Shown here in pieces: positions 8,152 through 17,091 of a stretch of DNA of 64,000 nt. The notes beneath the pieces are model-generated. The model was not told the origin of the DNA. It saw only the letters and a list, made by a program, of their open reading frames with translations, and searched no databases. The position numbers and the translations under genes were made by a program. Source of the DNA: Hyphomicrobiales bacterium (GTDB taxonomy: Bacteria > Pseudomonadota > Alphaproteobacteria > Rhodospirillales > JACKKN01); assembly GCA_024236415.1 (NCBI GenBank), contig JACKKN010000008.1, positions 1 to 64,000 on the forward strand, in the 5' to 3' direction. Numbering within the stretch: the first letter of the stretch is position 1; the number at the start of each line of letters is the position of its first letter.

Positions 8152-9264
8152 ATGCCCGATTCCGCCCCGCTCGAGACCTTCCCCGGCGCCGTTCCCGGGC
8201 GCCACTGGCACATGCTGGACGACGGCCGGGTGCAGTGCGACGTCTGTCCGCGCCTGTGCAAGCTGCACGAGGGCCAGCGCGGCCTGTGCTTCGTGCGCGC
8301 GCGCCAGGGTGACGCCATGGTCCTCACCACCTGGGGCCGGTCCAGCGGGTTCTGCATCGATCCCATCGAGAAGAAGCCCCTGGCCCACTTCCTGCCCGGC
8401 ACCCCGGTGCTCAGCTTCGGCACCGCCGGCTGCAACCTGACCTGCAAGTTCTGCCAGAACTGGGACATCAGCAAGTCGCGCGAGTTCGACAAGCTGCAGG
8501 CCCAGGCCACCCCCGAGATGATCGCCGAGGCCGCCGCGCGCACCGGCTGCCGCAGCGTCGCCTACACCTACAACGACCCGGTCATCTTCCTGGAATACGC
8601 CGTCGACGTGGCCCGCGCCTGCCACGCGCGCGGCCTGAAGAACGTGGCCGTCACCGCCGGCTATGTCTGCGCCGAGGCGCGCCGGGACTTCTTCGAACAC
8701 ATGGACGCCGCCAACGTGGACCTGAAGGCCTTCACCGAGGACTTCTACAAGCGCCTGTGCACGGCCGAGCTGGCGCCGATCCTGGAGACGCTGGAATACC
8801 TGGTCCACGAAACCGGCGTGTGGACCGAGATCACCGACCTGCTGATCCCCGGCGAGAACGACTCGGACGACGAGATCCAGGCCATGTGCCGCTGGATCGT
8901 CGACCACCTGGGCCGCGACGTGCCGATCCACTTCTCGGCCTTCCACCCGGACTGGAAGATGCTGGACACCCCGCCGACGCCGCCCGAGACCCTGCGCCGG
9001 GCCCGGCGCATCGCGCTGGACGCGGGCATCCGCTACGCCTACGTGGGCAACGTCCACGACCCGGCCGCCGACAGCACCTATTGCCACGCCTGCGGCGCCA
9101 TGGTGATCGGGCGCGACTGGTACCAGCTCTCGACCTGGAACCTGACCGACGACGGCAGGTGCGGCAGTTGCGGCGCCCCCTGCGCCGGGGTGTTCGACGG
9201 CCCGCCCGGCGACTGGGGCCGCAAGCGCCAGCCGATCCGCTTTCCGGCCCCCGCGCCGGCCTAG
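8152..9264 (+). CDS. AmmeMemoRadiSam system radical SAM enzyme
   Basis: Radical SAM CX3CX2C motif (GCNLTCKFC). An N-terminal extra Cys cluster (CDVCPRLC...C) and a C-terminal Cys cluster (CHACG...CGSCGAPC). Divergently adjacent to the Memo/AMMECR1 gene. In-frame ATG at 8152. Confidence 0.85.
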   Translation: MPDSAPLETFPGAVPGRHWHMLDDGRVQCDVCPRLCKLHEGQRGLCFVRARQGDAMVLTTWGRSSGFCIDPIEKKPLAHFLPGTPVLSFGTAGCNLTCKFCQNWDISKSREFDKLQAQATPEMIAEAAARTGCRSVAYTYNDPVIFLEYAVDVARACHARGLKNVAVTAGYVCAEARRDFFEHMDAANVDLKAFTEDFYKRLCTAELAPILETLEYLVHETGVWTEITDLLIPGENDSDDEIQAMCRWIVDHLGRDVPIHFSAFHPDWKMLDTPPTPPETLRRARRIALDAGIRYAYVGNVHDPAADSTYCHACGAMVIGRDWYQLSTWNLTDDGRCGSCGAPCAGVFDGPPGDWGRKRQPIRFPAPAPA

Positions 9265-9272
9265 GCCCCCTG

Positions 9273-10529
9273 TTACTCGTCCGCCAGCGAGATGTCCGGC
9301 CCGCCGTGGCCGGCCAGCAGCCGTTCCAGGTGGAAGGCGGCCAGGCGGTCGTCGGGGTGGGTGCTGACGAAGGCGGCCAGGCTGGCCACGGCGTCGGCGT
9401 CGCCGGCGGCAAGCTTGTCGAAGGCGGCGGTGTATTCGGCCAGGGCGGCGCGGACCGCCGGGTCGTCGGGCAGGGGCTCGAACACGGCGATGGGGTTCTC
9501 CTTGCCCTTCAGACGCAGGGTGCCCACGGGCCGGCCCAGGAAGTCGGGGATCTGGGCCACCGTGTCGGCGCTGACGCAGACGCGGGTGCCCAGGCGCTTG
9601 TTGGCCGTTTCCAGGCGCGCCGTGGTGTTCACGGCGTCGCCGTGGGCGGTGTAGTGGAAGAACAGGTCGCCGCCGAAGTTGCCGATCACCGCCGATCCCG
9701 TGTGCACGCCGATGCGGGTCAGGCCCAGGGGCAGGCCCTCGGCGCGCTTGGCGGCGGCGAATTGGCGGGCGAAGGCGTCGACGGCCAGGGCGCAGGCGAC
9801 GGCGCGGGCGGCGTGGTCCCGCTGCTCCATCGGCGCCCCGAACAGGGCGTGCACGGCGTCGCCGATGACCGCGTTCACCGTGCCGCCGTGGTCGAAGATG
9901 ATGCCGGCGACGGTGTTCAGGTAGTCGTTCAGCAGGGCGACGATGCGGTCCGGGTCGCCGTGTTCCACCAGCGGCGTGAAGTCGGCCAGGTCGGTGAACA
10001 GGAAGGTGATCTCGCGCCGCTCGCCGCCCGGTTCCAGGCGTTCCGGATGGTCGGCCAGATAGTCGGCCAGGCTGGGCGAGAAGTGGCGCGCCAGGTTGGC
10101 CCGCGCCCGCTCGGCGCGGCTGCGCTGGTCCTGGGCCTCGCGCACGGTGGCCAGGTCGGCGAGGGTCTTGGCGATGGTCTTCTCCAGGTCCTCGAAGTCG
10201 ATGGGCTTGGTGACGAAATCGAAGGCGCCGCAGTTCATGGCGGTGCGGATGTTCTCCATGTCGCCGTAGGCCGAGACCATGACCACGCGCAGCAGGCGCG
10301 GGAAATCCTGCAGCCGGTTCAGCAGGGTCAGCCCGTCCATGCGCGGCATGTTGATGTCGGTCAGCACGATGTCCAGGTCCGGGTCGGCCTTGACCATGGC
10401 CAGGGCCTCCTCGCCGTCGTGGGCGAAGGACAGGTCGTAGTCCTGCGCGCGGACCTGCCGGCGGAACTTCTGCCGCACCAGCAGCTCCAGGTCGGGTTCG
10501 TCGTCGACGACCAAGATGTGCGCCACCAT
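9273..10529 (-). CDS. Response regulator with receiver domain fused to a class III adenylate/guanylate cyclase output domain
   Basis: REC domain (ILVVDDEP ... DIVLTDINMPRMDG ... phosphoacceptor Asp), then cyclase domain (ITFLFTDLADFT ... GDAVHALFGAP ... RIGVHTGSAVIGNFGG). Its start overlaps the stop of the upstream kinase by 1 nt. Confidence 0.85.
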   Translation of the reverse strand: MVAHILVVDDEPDLELLVRQKFRRQVRAQDYDLSFAHDGEEALAMVKADPDLDIVLTDINMPRMDGLTLLNRLQDFPRLLRVVMVSAYGDMENIRTAMNCGAFDFVTKPIDFEDLEKTIAKTLADLATVREAQDQRSRAERARANLARHFSPSLADYLADHPERLEPGGERREITFLFTDLADFTPLVEHGDPDRIVALLNDYLNTVAGIIFDHGGTVNAVIGDAVHALFGAPMEQRDHAARAVACALAVDAFARQFAAAKRAEGLPLGLTRIGVHTGSAVIGNFGGDLFFHYTAHGDAVNTTARLETANKRLGTRVCVSADTVAQIPDFLGRPVGTLRLKGKENPIAVFEPLPDDPAVRAALAEYTAAFDKLAAGDADAVASLAAFVSTHPDDRLAAFHLERLLAGHGGPDISLADE

Positions 10530-13150
10530 CAGCCATCCTCCTGGTGATCGTCGGGCCGGCGCCGGGGCAGGCGGACGACGAACTCGGTGAACGCGCCGTC
10601 GCGGGTGTCCACGTCGATCGTGCCGCCGTGCTTGTGGACCACGATGTCGAAGCTGAGCGACAGGCCCAGCCCGGTGCCCTCGCCGGCCGGCTTGGTGGTG
10701 AAGAAGGGGGTGAAGATCTTGTCCCGCACCGCCGCCGGGATGCCGGTGCCGTTGTCGCGGACCCGCACCTCGACCGTGTCGCCCAGGTCGCGGGTGGCCA
10801 CGGTGACCGTGGGCCGGTAGGCGCGGTCATCGCCGCCGCGGTCGCGCCGCCGGGTGGCGTAGAAGGCGTTGCTGAACAGGTTGAGAAACACCCGGGTCAG
10901 GTCCTGGGGCGTGCACACCACCTCGCCGGCGGCCGGGTCCAGGTGCAGGTCCAGGGTGACGTTGAAGGTGCGGTCCGTGGCGCGGGCGCCGTGGTAGGCC
11001 AGGTTGAGGCTTTCCTCGACCAGGGCGTTGACGGCCACAGCCCGGCGCTCGCCCGGCGCGCCGCGGGAGTGCGACAGCATGCCCTTGACGATCTGGTCCG
11101 CCCGCCGGCCGTGCTCGACGATCTTGCCCAGGTTGCCGTCCAGCATGGCGAACAGGTCGTCGACGGCGGTCCGCTGCTCGGGGTCCAGTTCGGCGAGGCG
11201 GTCGGCGATGGCCTCGCGGATCTCGTCCAGCAGCTCCCTCGACACGTCCGAGAAGTTGCCGATGAAGTTGAGGGGGTTCTTGATCTCGTGGGCAATGCCC
11301 GCCGCCAGCTGGCCCAGCAGGGCCAGCTTCTCGGAATGGATCAGGCTGGTCTGGGTCTGTTTCAATTCCTCCAGGGCCCGTTCGGCCGCCTCCTTGGCCC
11401 GGCTGACCGCCGCCTGCTGGTCCTTCAGCTCGGACACGTCGGTGTAGACGGCGACCCAGCCGCCGTCGCCGGTGCGCCGCTCGCTGACCTGGATCCAGCG
11501 GCCGTCGCTCTGGCGCTGCAGGAACGGCGGCCCGGGGTCCCGGTGGCGGGCGACGCGGTCCTCCAGCCAGGACTCGTGTGCCGCCGGATCGACGGCGATC
11601 AGCCCGCGGTCGGCGGCGGCGGCGACGACGTCGCGGAACGGCACCCCCGGGGTGACGATCTCGTCCAGGCCCGGGTAGAGCTGCAGGTAGCGGCTGTTGC
11701 TGACGATCAGGCGGTCGTCGGTGTCGAACAGGGCGAAGCCTTCGGAAATGCTCTCGATGGCGTCGGTCAGGCGCCGCCGGGCCTCGCGGATCTCGCGCAG
11801 GTTGGTCTCGCGGACCTCGACGGCGGTGTCGCGGAACACCTTCAGGGCCTCGGCCATGCGGCCGATCTCGTCGTTGCCGCCGTGGGGGATGGGGCTGTCC
11901 AGGCGCCCCTGGGCGATGGACAGCATGCTCTGGCTCAGGGCCACCAGCCGGCCGGCGATGTTGCGCCCCACGTACAGCCACACGATCAGGACCGAGCTGA
12001 CGATGGCCAGCACGACGATGGCCAGCAGGGCGTTGGTGCTGAGGGACTGGGCCGCGCGGGCCTGGTCGCGGGCCCGGGCGATGCCGCGCCGGGCGCCGCC
12101 GACCAGGTTGTCGACGGCGGTGGTCAACTGGCCCGCCAGGTTGGCGTTCTCGTCCAGCAGCCGCTGCGCGTCGTGGACAAGTTGGACCTCGCGCGCCTGG
12201 GTCCGCGGGATGCCGTCGTCGGCGGTGGCCAGGGCGCGGAACTCGGAAATCCGCGTCATCAGCAGGGGCCGCAGCTTGGGGTCCAGGGTGGCGGCCAGGG
12301 TCTCCAACTCGCGGAACGAGCGGTTGAGGCGGAACACCATGACCGTAAGCTGGTCCGGGTCCTCCACGTCGGTGGCCTGCAGCAGGCTGTCGTTGACCAG
12401 CGAGGCCACCAGCTCGGCCCGGCGCAGGGCGCGGAACCGGGCGTAGGCCGCTTCAAGACGTGCCCCCGACTTTGCGCGCTGGGCGTCGGGAGCGGTGGTG
12501 TCGCCGACCGTGGCGCGCAGGCGGGCGATCTCGGCGTCGACGATCAGCAGCCAGGGGGCCAGCAGCTTGCGGGTCTCGCCGTGGGCCTTCAGCAGCCGGT
12601 CCTGCAGCGCCCGTTCCCGCTGCCGCACCGCCAGGCGCCCGGCGATGACCTCGTTCAGGGATTCCAGGTTGGTCCCCAGGCCGCGCACCACCGGGGCCAG
12701 GGCCAGAAAGGCGGCGTCCCCGGTGCGGTCCCGCTGCCCGGCGCCCAGGGCGTCCAGCAGGCCGTGCAGCTTCTCCACCTCGGCGGAAATGCGCGACGTG
12801 ACCGCCGCCTGCTCGCCGGAGTTGGCGGCCGACAGCAGCGCCGGCGCCAGGTTGACGATGCGCTCGGTCTGGCGCGACAGGTCCAGCGAGGTCAGCGCCG
12901 AGGGCACCTGCTTCTCGGTGATGGCGTCCATCAGGTTGCCGACGGCGGTGAAGGAATAGATCGCCGCGGCGGCGGCCAGCAGGGCGAAGCCGGTGATGCC
13001 CAGGAACGCCAGCAGCAGGCGCGCGCCGACCCCCAGGCCTGCCGGCCGGGCCGGCACGGCGCCGGGTTCGGGCCCGGGTCCTGGCCCGGGCGGGTTCACG
13101 GTGCCCGCGGCGTCATCCGAGGGCGAGACTGCGTGCATTGTAGAACGCAC
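10529..13150 (-). CDS. Sensor histidine kinase: two TM segments flanking a ~300-aa periplasmic helical sensor region, then HAMP, PAS, HisKA, HATPase
   Basis: H-box GIAHEIKNPLNFI. HATPase N/G boxes (NLFSNAFYAT ... GTGLGLSLS). PAS-like segment (LFDTDDRLIVSN). TM helices near residues 45-65 and 375-395. The exact start (13150 or 13138) is uncertain. Confidence 0.85.
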   Translation of the reverse strand: MRSTMHAVSPSDDAAGTVNPPGPGPGPEPGAVPARPAGLGVGARLLLAFLGITGFALLAAAAAIYSFTAVGNLMDAITEKQVPSALTSLDLSRQTERIVNLAPALLSAANSGEQAAVTSRISAEVEKLHGLLDALGAGQRDRTGDAAFLALAPVVRGLGTNLESLNEVIAGRLAVRQRERALQDRLLKAHGETRKLLAPWLLIVDAEIARLRATVGDTTAPDAQRAKSGARLEAAYARFRALRRAELVASLVNDSLLQATDVEDPDQLTVMVFRLNRSFRELETLAATLDPKLRPLLMTRISEFRALATADDGIPRTQAREVQLVHDAQRLLDENANLAGQLTTAVDNLVGGARRGIARARDQARAAQSLSTNALLAIVVLAIVSSVLIVWLYVGRNIAGRLVALSQSMLSIAQGRLDSPIPHGGNDEIGRMAEALKVFRDTAVEVRETNLREIREARRRLTDAIESISEGFALFDTDDRLIVSNSRYLQLYPGLDEIVTPGVPFRDVVAAAADRGLIAVDPAAHESWLEDRVARHRDPGPPFLQRQSDGRWIQVSERRTGDGGWVAVYTDVSELKDQQAAVSRAKEAAERALEELKQTQTSLIHSEKLALLGQLAAGIAHEIKNPLNFIGNFSDVSRELLDEIREAIADRLAELDPEQRTAVDDLFAMLDGNLGKIVEHGRRADQIVKGMLSHSRGAPGERRAVAVNALVEESLNLAYHGARATDRTFNVTLDLHLDPAAGEVVCTPQDLTRVFLNLFSNAFYATRRRDRGGDDRAYRPTVTVATRDLGDTVEVRVRDNGTGIPAAVRDKIFTPFFTTKPAGEGTGLGLSLSFDIVVHKHGGTIDVDTRDGAFTEFVVRLPRRRPDDHQEDG

Positions 13151-14228
13151 GGCTGGAAATCTCCCCCCAGTCCATCAGCCGGCGCCGGTTGGCGACGAAG
13201 CTGTCATAGACGCGCCGGGTCAGCGGATCGTTGTTGCCCAGGTCGGCCAGCACCTGCTCGCTGATCCGGCCAAGCTCCTTGAGGATCGGGTCGCTGAACT
13301 TGCGGACCTGGACCCCGTGCTCGTCGACCAGGGTACGCAGGGCGATGCCGTTCTCGTAGGTGAAGTCGGTCAGGGACAGGCCGTATTCGGCCGCGGCCGC
13401 GACCTCGATCAGGCGCCGTTCCGACGGGGTGAAGCTGTCCCACAGCTTGCGGTTGATGCCCAGGGTCACGGCCGCCCCGGGCTCGTGGAAGCCGGGGTAG
13501 TAGTAGAACTTGGCCGCCTCGTGCAGGCCGTAGGCCAGGTCGAGCCAGGGGCAGACCCACTCGGCGGCGTCGATGGCGCCCGAGCGCATGGAGGGCACGA
13601 TCTCGCCGCCCGGCAGGTTGACCACGATGGCGCCCAGGTGCTTGATCACCTCGCCGCCGATGCCCGGGATGCGGCAGCGCAGCCCGTTCCAGTCCGCCAC
13701 CGAGGTCAGTTCGTGGGCGAACCAGCCGCCCATCTGCACCCCGGTGTTCAGGGCCAGCAGCGGCTTGATGTTGAACTGCCCGCTCAGCTCGTCCCACAGG
13801 GCCTGGCCGCCGCCGCGGTGGACCCAGGCCGCCACCTCGATGGCGGTCAGGCCGAAGGGCACGGCGGGGAAGAAGCTGAAGGCCGGCACCTTGGCCTGCC
13901 AGTAGTAGTCCGGCGAGTGGTACATGTCGGCGATTCCCGCCGCCACGGCGTCGAAGATCTCGAAGGCGTCGACGAACTCGCCGTCGCCGAAGACGGTGAC
14001 CCGCAGGTGCCCGTCCGACGCCTCGGTGATCAGGCGGGCCAGGCGGCGGGCGCTGGAATCCAGGCCCGGCGACCCCTTGGGCCAGGGCGTGACCATCTTC
14101 AGCTCGCGGATTCCCTTGGTGATGGCGGGGCCAGTGGCGGGGCCAGGGGCGGGAGCGGGGGCGGAGAAGGACGGCGCGGCGGCGGCGGGCAGGGCCGCCA
14201 GGCCGGCCAGGACGGCGCGTCGTTTCAT
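13113..14228 (-). CDS. DctP-type TRAP solute-binding protein (orphan: no DctQ/DctM nearby); first gene of the SBP-kinase-regulator operon
   Basis: Signal peptide MKRRAVLAGLAALPAAAAPS. DctP-family fold signature. Start ATG confirmed at 14226-14228. Its 3' end overlaps the start of the histidine kinase. Confidence 0.75.
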   Translation of the reverse strand: MKRRAVLAGLAALPAAAAPSFSAPAPAPGPATGPAITKGIRELKMVTPWPKGSPGLDSSARRLARLITEASDGHLRVTVFGDGEFVDAFEIFDAVAAGIADMYHSPDYYWQAKVPAFSFFPAVPFGLTAIEVAAWVHRGGGQALWDELSGQFNIKPLLALNTGVQMGGWFAHELTSVADWNGLRCRIPGIGGEVIKHLGAIVVNLPGGEIVPSMRSGAIDAAEWVCPWLDLAYGLHEAAKFYYYPGFHEPGAAVTLGINRKLWDSFTPSERRLIEVAAAAEYGLSLTDFTYENGIALRTLVDEHGVQVRKFSDPILKELGRISEQVLADLGNNDPLTRRVYDSFVANRRRLMDWGEISSRAFYNARSLALG

Positions 14229-14525
14229 GGTCGACCTCCCAAGGTGGCGCCCGTTGGTGTTGTTCTTGGTTGTGGGCTGGTTGGTGTCGAACCCGTATGG
14301 TCGGGGTGGCGGGAGGCCGCGGCCATGGCCCGTGCGGGCGGGCGGCCAGTCCGGGCGCCGGTCGCGCGCGTCCAACACCCCCATTCATGATACGCCACCG
14401 GGGCCGGTGCGGTACAGTGAATTACGACAATTCGTTGTAAAATGCGGCCGGGCCGGGGCTCCCCCGGTTGCGCCGGGGGCGCGGCCGCCCGATCGTTCAT
14501 GACAAATTAGGGTTCCTGGCGTAGG

Positions 14526-15503
14526 TTGCGCGCCATGGGCAAGCGGACCATCCTGTTCATCGTCAAGCTCGGCCTGTCGGCGGTCCTGATCTGGTACCTG
14601 GCCTCGGGAATCGACCTGGCCGGGGCCTGGGCGCGGGTGCGGCAGATGGCGCCGGACATGCTGCTGCTGGCCACCGCCCTGCTGCTGTTGCAGGGCGCCC
14701 TGGGGGCCGTGCGCTGGTGGCTGACCCTGCGCGCCGTGGGCGGCGTGCTGCCCTGGCCGCGGATCCTGGGGTTCTATTTCATCGGCCTGTTCTTCAACCA
14801 GGTGCTACCGTCGTCGGTGGGCGGCGACCCGGTGCGCATGTACCGCGCCTACCGTGCCGGCCTGCCCCTGGACAAGGCCATCAACGGGGTGATGCTGGAG
14901 CGGGTATCCCTGGTGCTGGCCCTGGTGCTGATGGTCACCGCCCTGCAGCCGGCCCTGGCGGCGCGCCTGGGCGGCCACGCCGTGCTGTGGGTGTTCCCGC
15001 TGCTGTCCCTGGCCGGGGTTGCCGGCGTGGTGGTGATGATGCTGCTGGACCGGATGCCGCCGGCGCTGCGCCGCTGGCGCCTGGTGCGCGGCCTGGGCCA
15101 CCTGGCCGCCGACGGGCGGCGCGTGTTCCTGCGCCCCGGCAACGCCGCCGCGGTGCTGCTGTCGGGCGCGCTCAGCCATGCCAACCTGTCCATCGCCGTG
15201 TGGGTCATGGCGCGCGGCATGGACATCGCGGTGTCGCCCATGGACTGCCTGGTGCTGGTGCCGCCGGTGATCCTGGCCACCACCCTGCCCATCTCCATCG
15301 CCGGCTGGGGGGTGCGCGAGGGCGCCATGGTCACGGCGCTGGGCTTCGTCGGCGTGCCGGCCGAGGGCGCCCTGGTGCTGTCGGTGCTGCTGGGCCTGCT
15401 GGCGGTGGCCACCAGCCTGCCGGGCGGGGTCGTGTTCCTGCTGACCGGCGAGCGGACCCGCGCCGAGGAGGTGGAACGGCTGATGCAGCGTGAAAGGCCC
15501 TAG
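14526..15503 (+). CDS. Lysylphosphatidylglycerol synthase TM region / flippase-like domain protein (UPF0104), stand-alone
   Basis: ~8 predicted TM helices. Conserved motif of the MprF N-terminal flippase-like family (FFNQVLPSSVGGDPVRMY). Confidence 0.65.
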   Translation: MRAMGKRTILFIVKLGLSAVLIWYLASGIDLAGAWARVRQMAPDMLLLATALLLLQGALGAVRWWLTLRAVGGVLPWPRILGFYFIGLFFNQVLPSSVGGDPVRMYRAYRAGLPLDKAINGVMLERVSLVLALVLMVTALQPALAARLGGHAVLWVFPLLSLAGVAGVVVMMLLDRMPPALRRWRLVRGLGHLAADGRRVFLRPGNAAAVLLSGALSHANLSIAVWVMARGMDIAVSPMDCLVLVPPVILATTLPISIAGWGVREGAMVTALGFVGVPAEGALVLSVLLGLLAVATSLPGGVVFLLTGERTRAEEVERLMQRERP

Positions 15504-15585
15504 GGCCTTTCGCTTTCCCCCGGCCGCCATTACATTTCCGGGACCGGCCGCCATGGCCGCCGACCAGCGATGACGGGGAGTTTCC

Positions 15586-17088
15586 ATGAAGATCACCTTC
15601 GCCAAGTCCCAGATGCCCAAGTCCGACGCCGCCGTGGTGGCGGTGCTGGAGGACCGGGTCCTTTCGCCCAGCGCCCAGGCCCTGGACGAGGCCACCGGCG
15701 GCGCCCTGACCCGGGCCCTGAAGGCCAGCCGGTTCACGGGCAAGCGGGGCCATGGCCTGACCATCCTGGCGCCGGCCGGCAGCGGCCTCAGCCGGGTGTT
15801 CCTGCTGGGCCTTGGCGCGGCCAAGGAGCTAGACGTGAAGAAGGCGCAGGCGGCCGGCGCCCAGGTGTGGCAGCGGCTGGCGCCGACCTCGCGCGGCACG
15901 GTCTCGGTGATGGTCGACGACCTGGACGGCTGCGACATGGACCCGGCCGAGGTGGCCGCCGAGATGGCCTTCGGCGCGCGCCTGCGCTCGTACCGCTTCG
16001 ACAAGTACCTGACCAGGAAGAACGACCACGACAAGCCGGTGCTGAAGACCCTGCGCTTCCTGTGCGCCGGGCACAACCGGGCCAAGGCCCGGTTCGAGAC
16101 CGCCGAGAAGGTGGCCGACGGCGTGTTCCTGACCCGCGACCTGGTCAGCGAGCCGGCCAACGTGCTCTATCCCGAAACCCTGGCCGACGCCGCCCGCAAG
16201 CTGACCAAGCTGGGGGTCAAGGTCGAGGTCCTGGGCCCCGGCGAGATGAAGAAGCTGGGCATGGGCGCCCTGCTGGGCGTGGCCCAGGGCAGCGCCCGCG
16301 ACCCGCGGCTGGTGGTCATGCACTGGGACGGCGCCGGCAAGGGCAAGAAGTCCAAGGACGGGCCGCTGGCCTTCGTCGGCAAGGGCGTCACCTTCGACAC
16401 CGGTGGCATCTCGCTGAAACCCGCCGCCGGCATGGAGGAGATGAAGTGGGACATGGGCGGCGCCGGCGTGGTGATCGGCCTGATGAAGGCCCTGGCCGGG
16501 CGCAAGGCCAAGGCGGACGTGGTGGGCATCGTCGGCCTGGTCGAGAACATGCCGTCGGGCACGGCGCAGCGGCCCGGCGACGTGGTGACCTCCATGTCCG
16601 GGCAGACCGTCGAAGTGATCAACACCGACGCCGAGGGCCGGCTCGTGCTGGCCGACGCCCTGTGGTACTGCAAGGAGCGGTTCAAGCCGCGCTTCATGGT
16701 CGACCTGGCGACCCTGACCGGGGCCATGATCATCGCCCTGGGCCACGAGCGGGCCGGCATCTTCACCCCCGACGACGACCTGGCGGCGCAGCTTTCCGCG
16801 GCCGGCGACGCGGTCGACGAGCCGGTGTGGCGCCTGCCCCTGGGCGACGCCTACGACAAGGCCCTGAAGTCCGACATCGCCGACATGAAGAACGTGGGCG
16901 GCCGCCCGGCGGGCAGCATCACCGCGGCCCAGTTCCTGAAGCGGTTCGTCGGCGAGACCCCCTGGGCCCACATCGACATCGCCGGGGTCGCCTGGTCCAA
17001 GAAGGACGCAGCCCTGGTACCCAAGGGCGGCACCGGGTACGGCGTGCGCCTGCTGGACCGCATGGTGGCCGACAACTACGAGAAGTAG
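15586..17088 (+). CDS. pepA: Leucyl aminopeptidase (M17)
   Basis: M17 signature NTDAEGRLVLADAL plus metal-binding residues. 500 aa. Confidence 0.9.
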   Translation: MKITFAKSQMPKSDAAVVAVLEDRVLSPSAQALDEATGGALTRALKASRFTGKRGHGLTILAPAGSGLSRVFLLGLGAAKELDVKKAQAAGAQVWQRLAPTSRGTVSVMVDDLDGCDMDPAEVAAEMAFGARLRSYRFDKYLTRKNDHDKPVLKTLRFLCAGHNRAKARFETAEKVADGVFLTRDLVSEPANVLYPETLADAARKLTKLGVKVEVLGPGEMKKLGMGALLGVAQGSARDPRLVVMHWDGAGKGKKSKDGPLAFVGKGVTFDTGGISLKPAAGMEEMKWDMGGAGVVIGLMKALAGRKAKADVVGIVGLVENMPSGTAQRPGDVVTSMSGQTVEVINTDAEGRLVLADALWYCKERFKPRFMVDLATLTGAMIIALGHERAGIFTPDDDLAAQLSAAGDAVDEPVWRLPLGDAYDKALKSDIADMKNVGGRPAGSITAAQFLKRFVGETPWAHIDIAGVAWSKKDAALVPKGGTGYGVRLLDRMVADNYEK

Positions 17089-17091
17089 GGC

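Noticed and set aside
6586-9264. 892-aa + strand ORF
   Set aside because: Only the last 371 codons (from ATG 8152) are the radical SAM enzyme. The upstream part is antisense to the Memo-AMMECR1 gene.
8113-13264. 905-aa minus ORF (8113..10830) and 906-aa plus ORF (10544..13264)
   Set aside because: Antisense mirrors of the radical SAM / response regulator / histidine kinase genes, which have strong domain evidence. No start-proximal signals.
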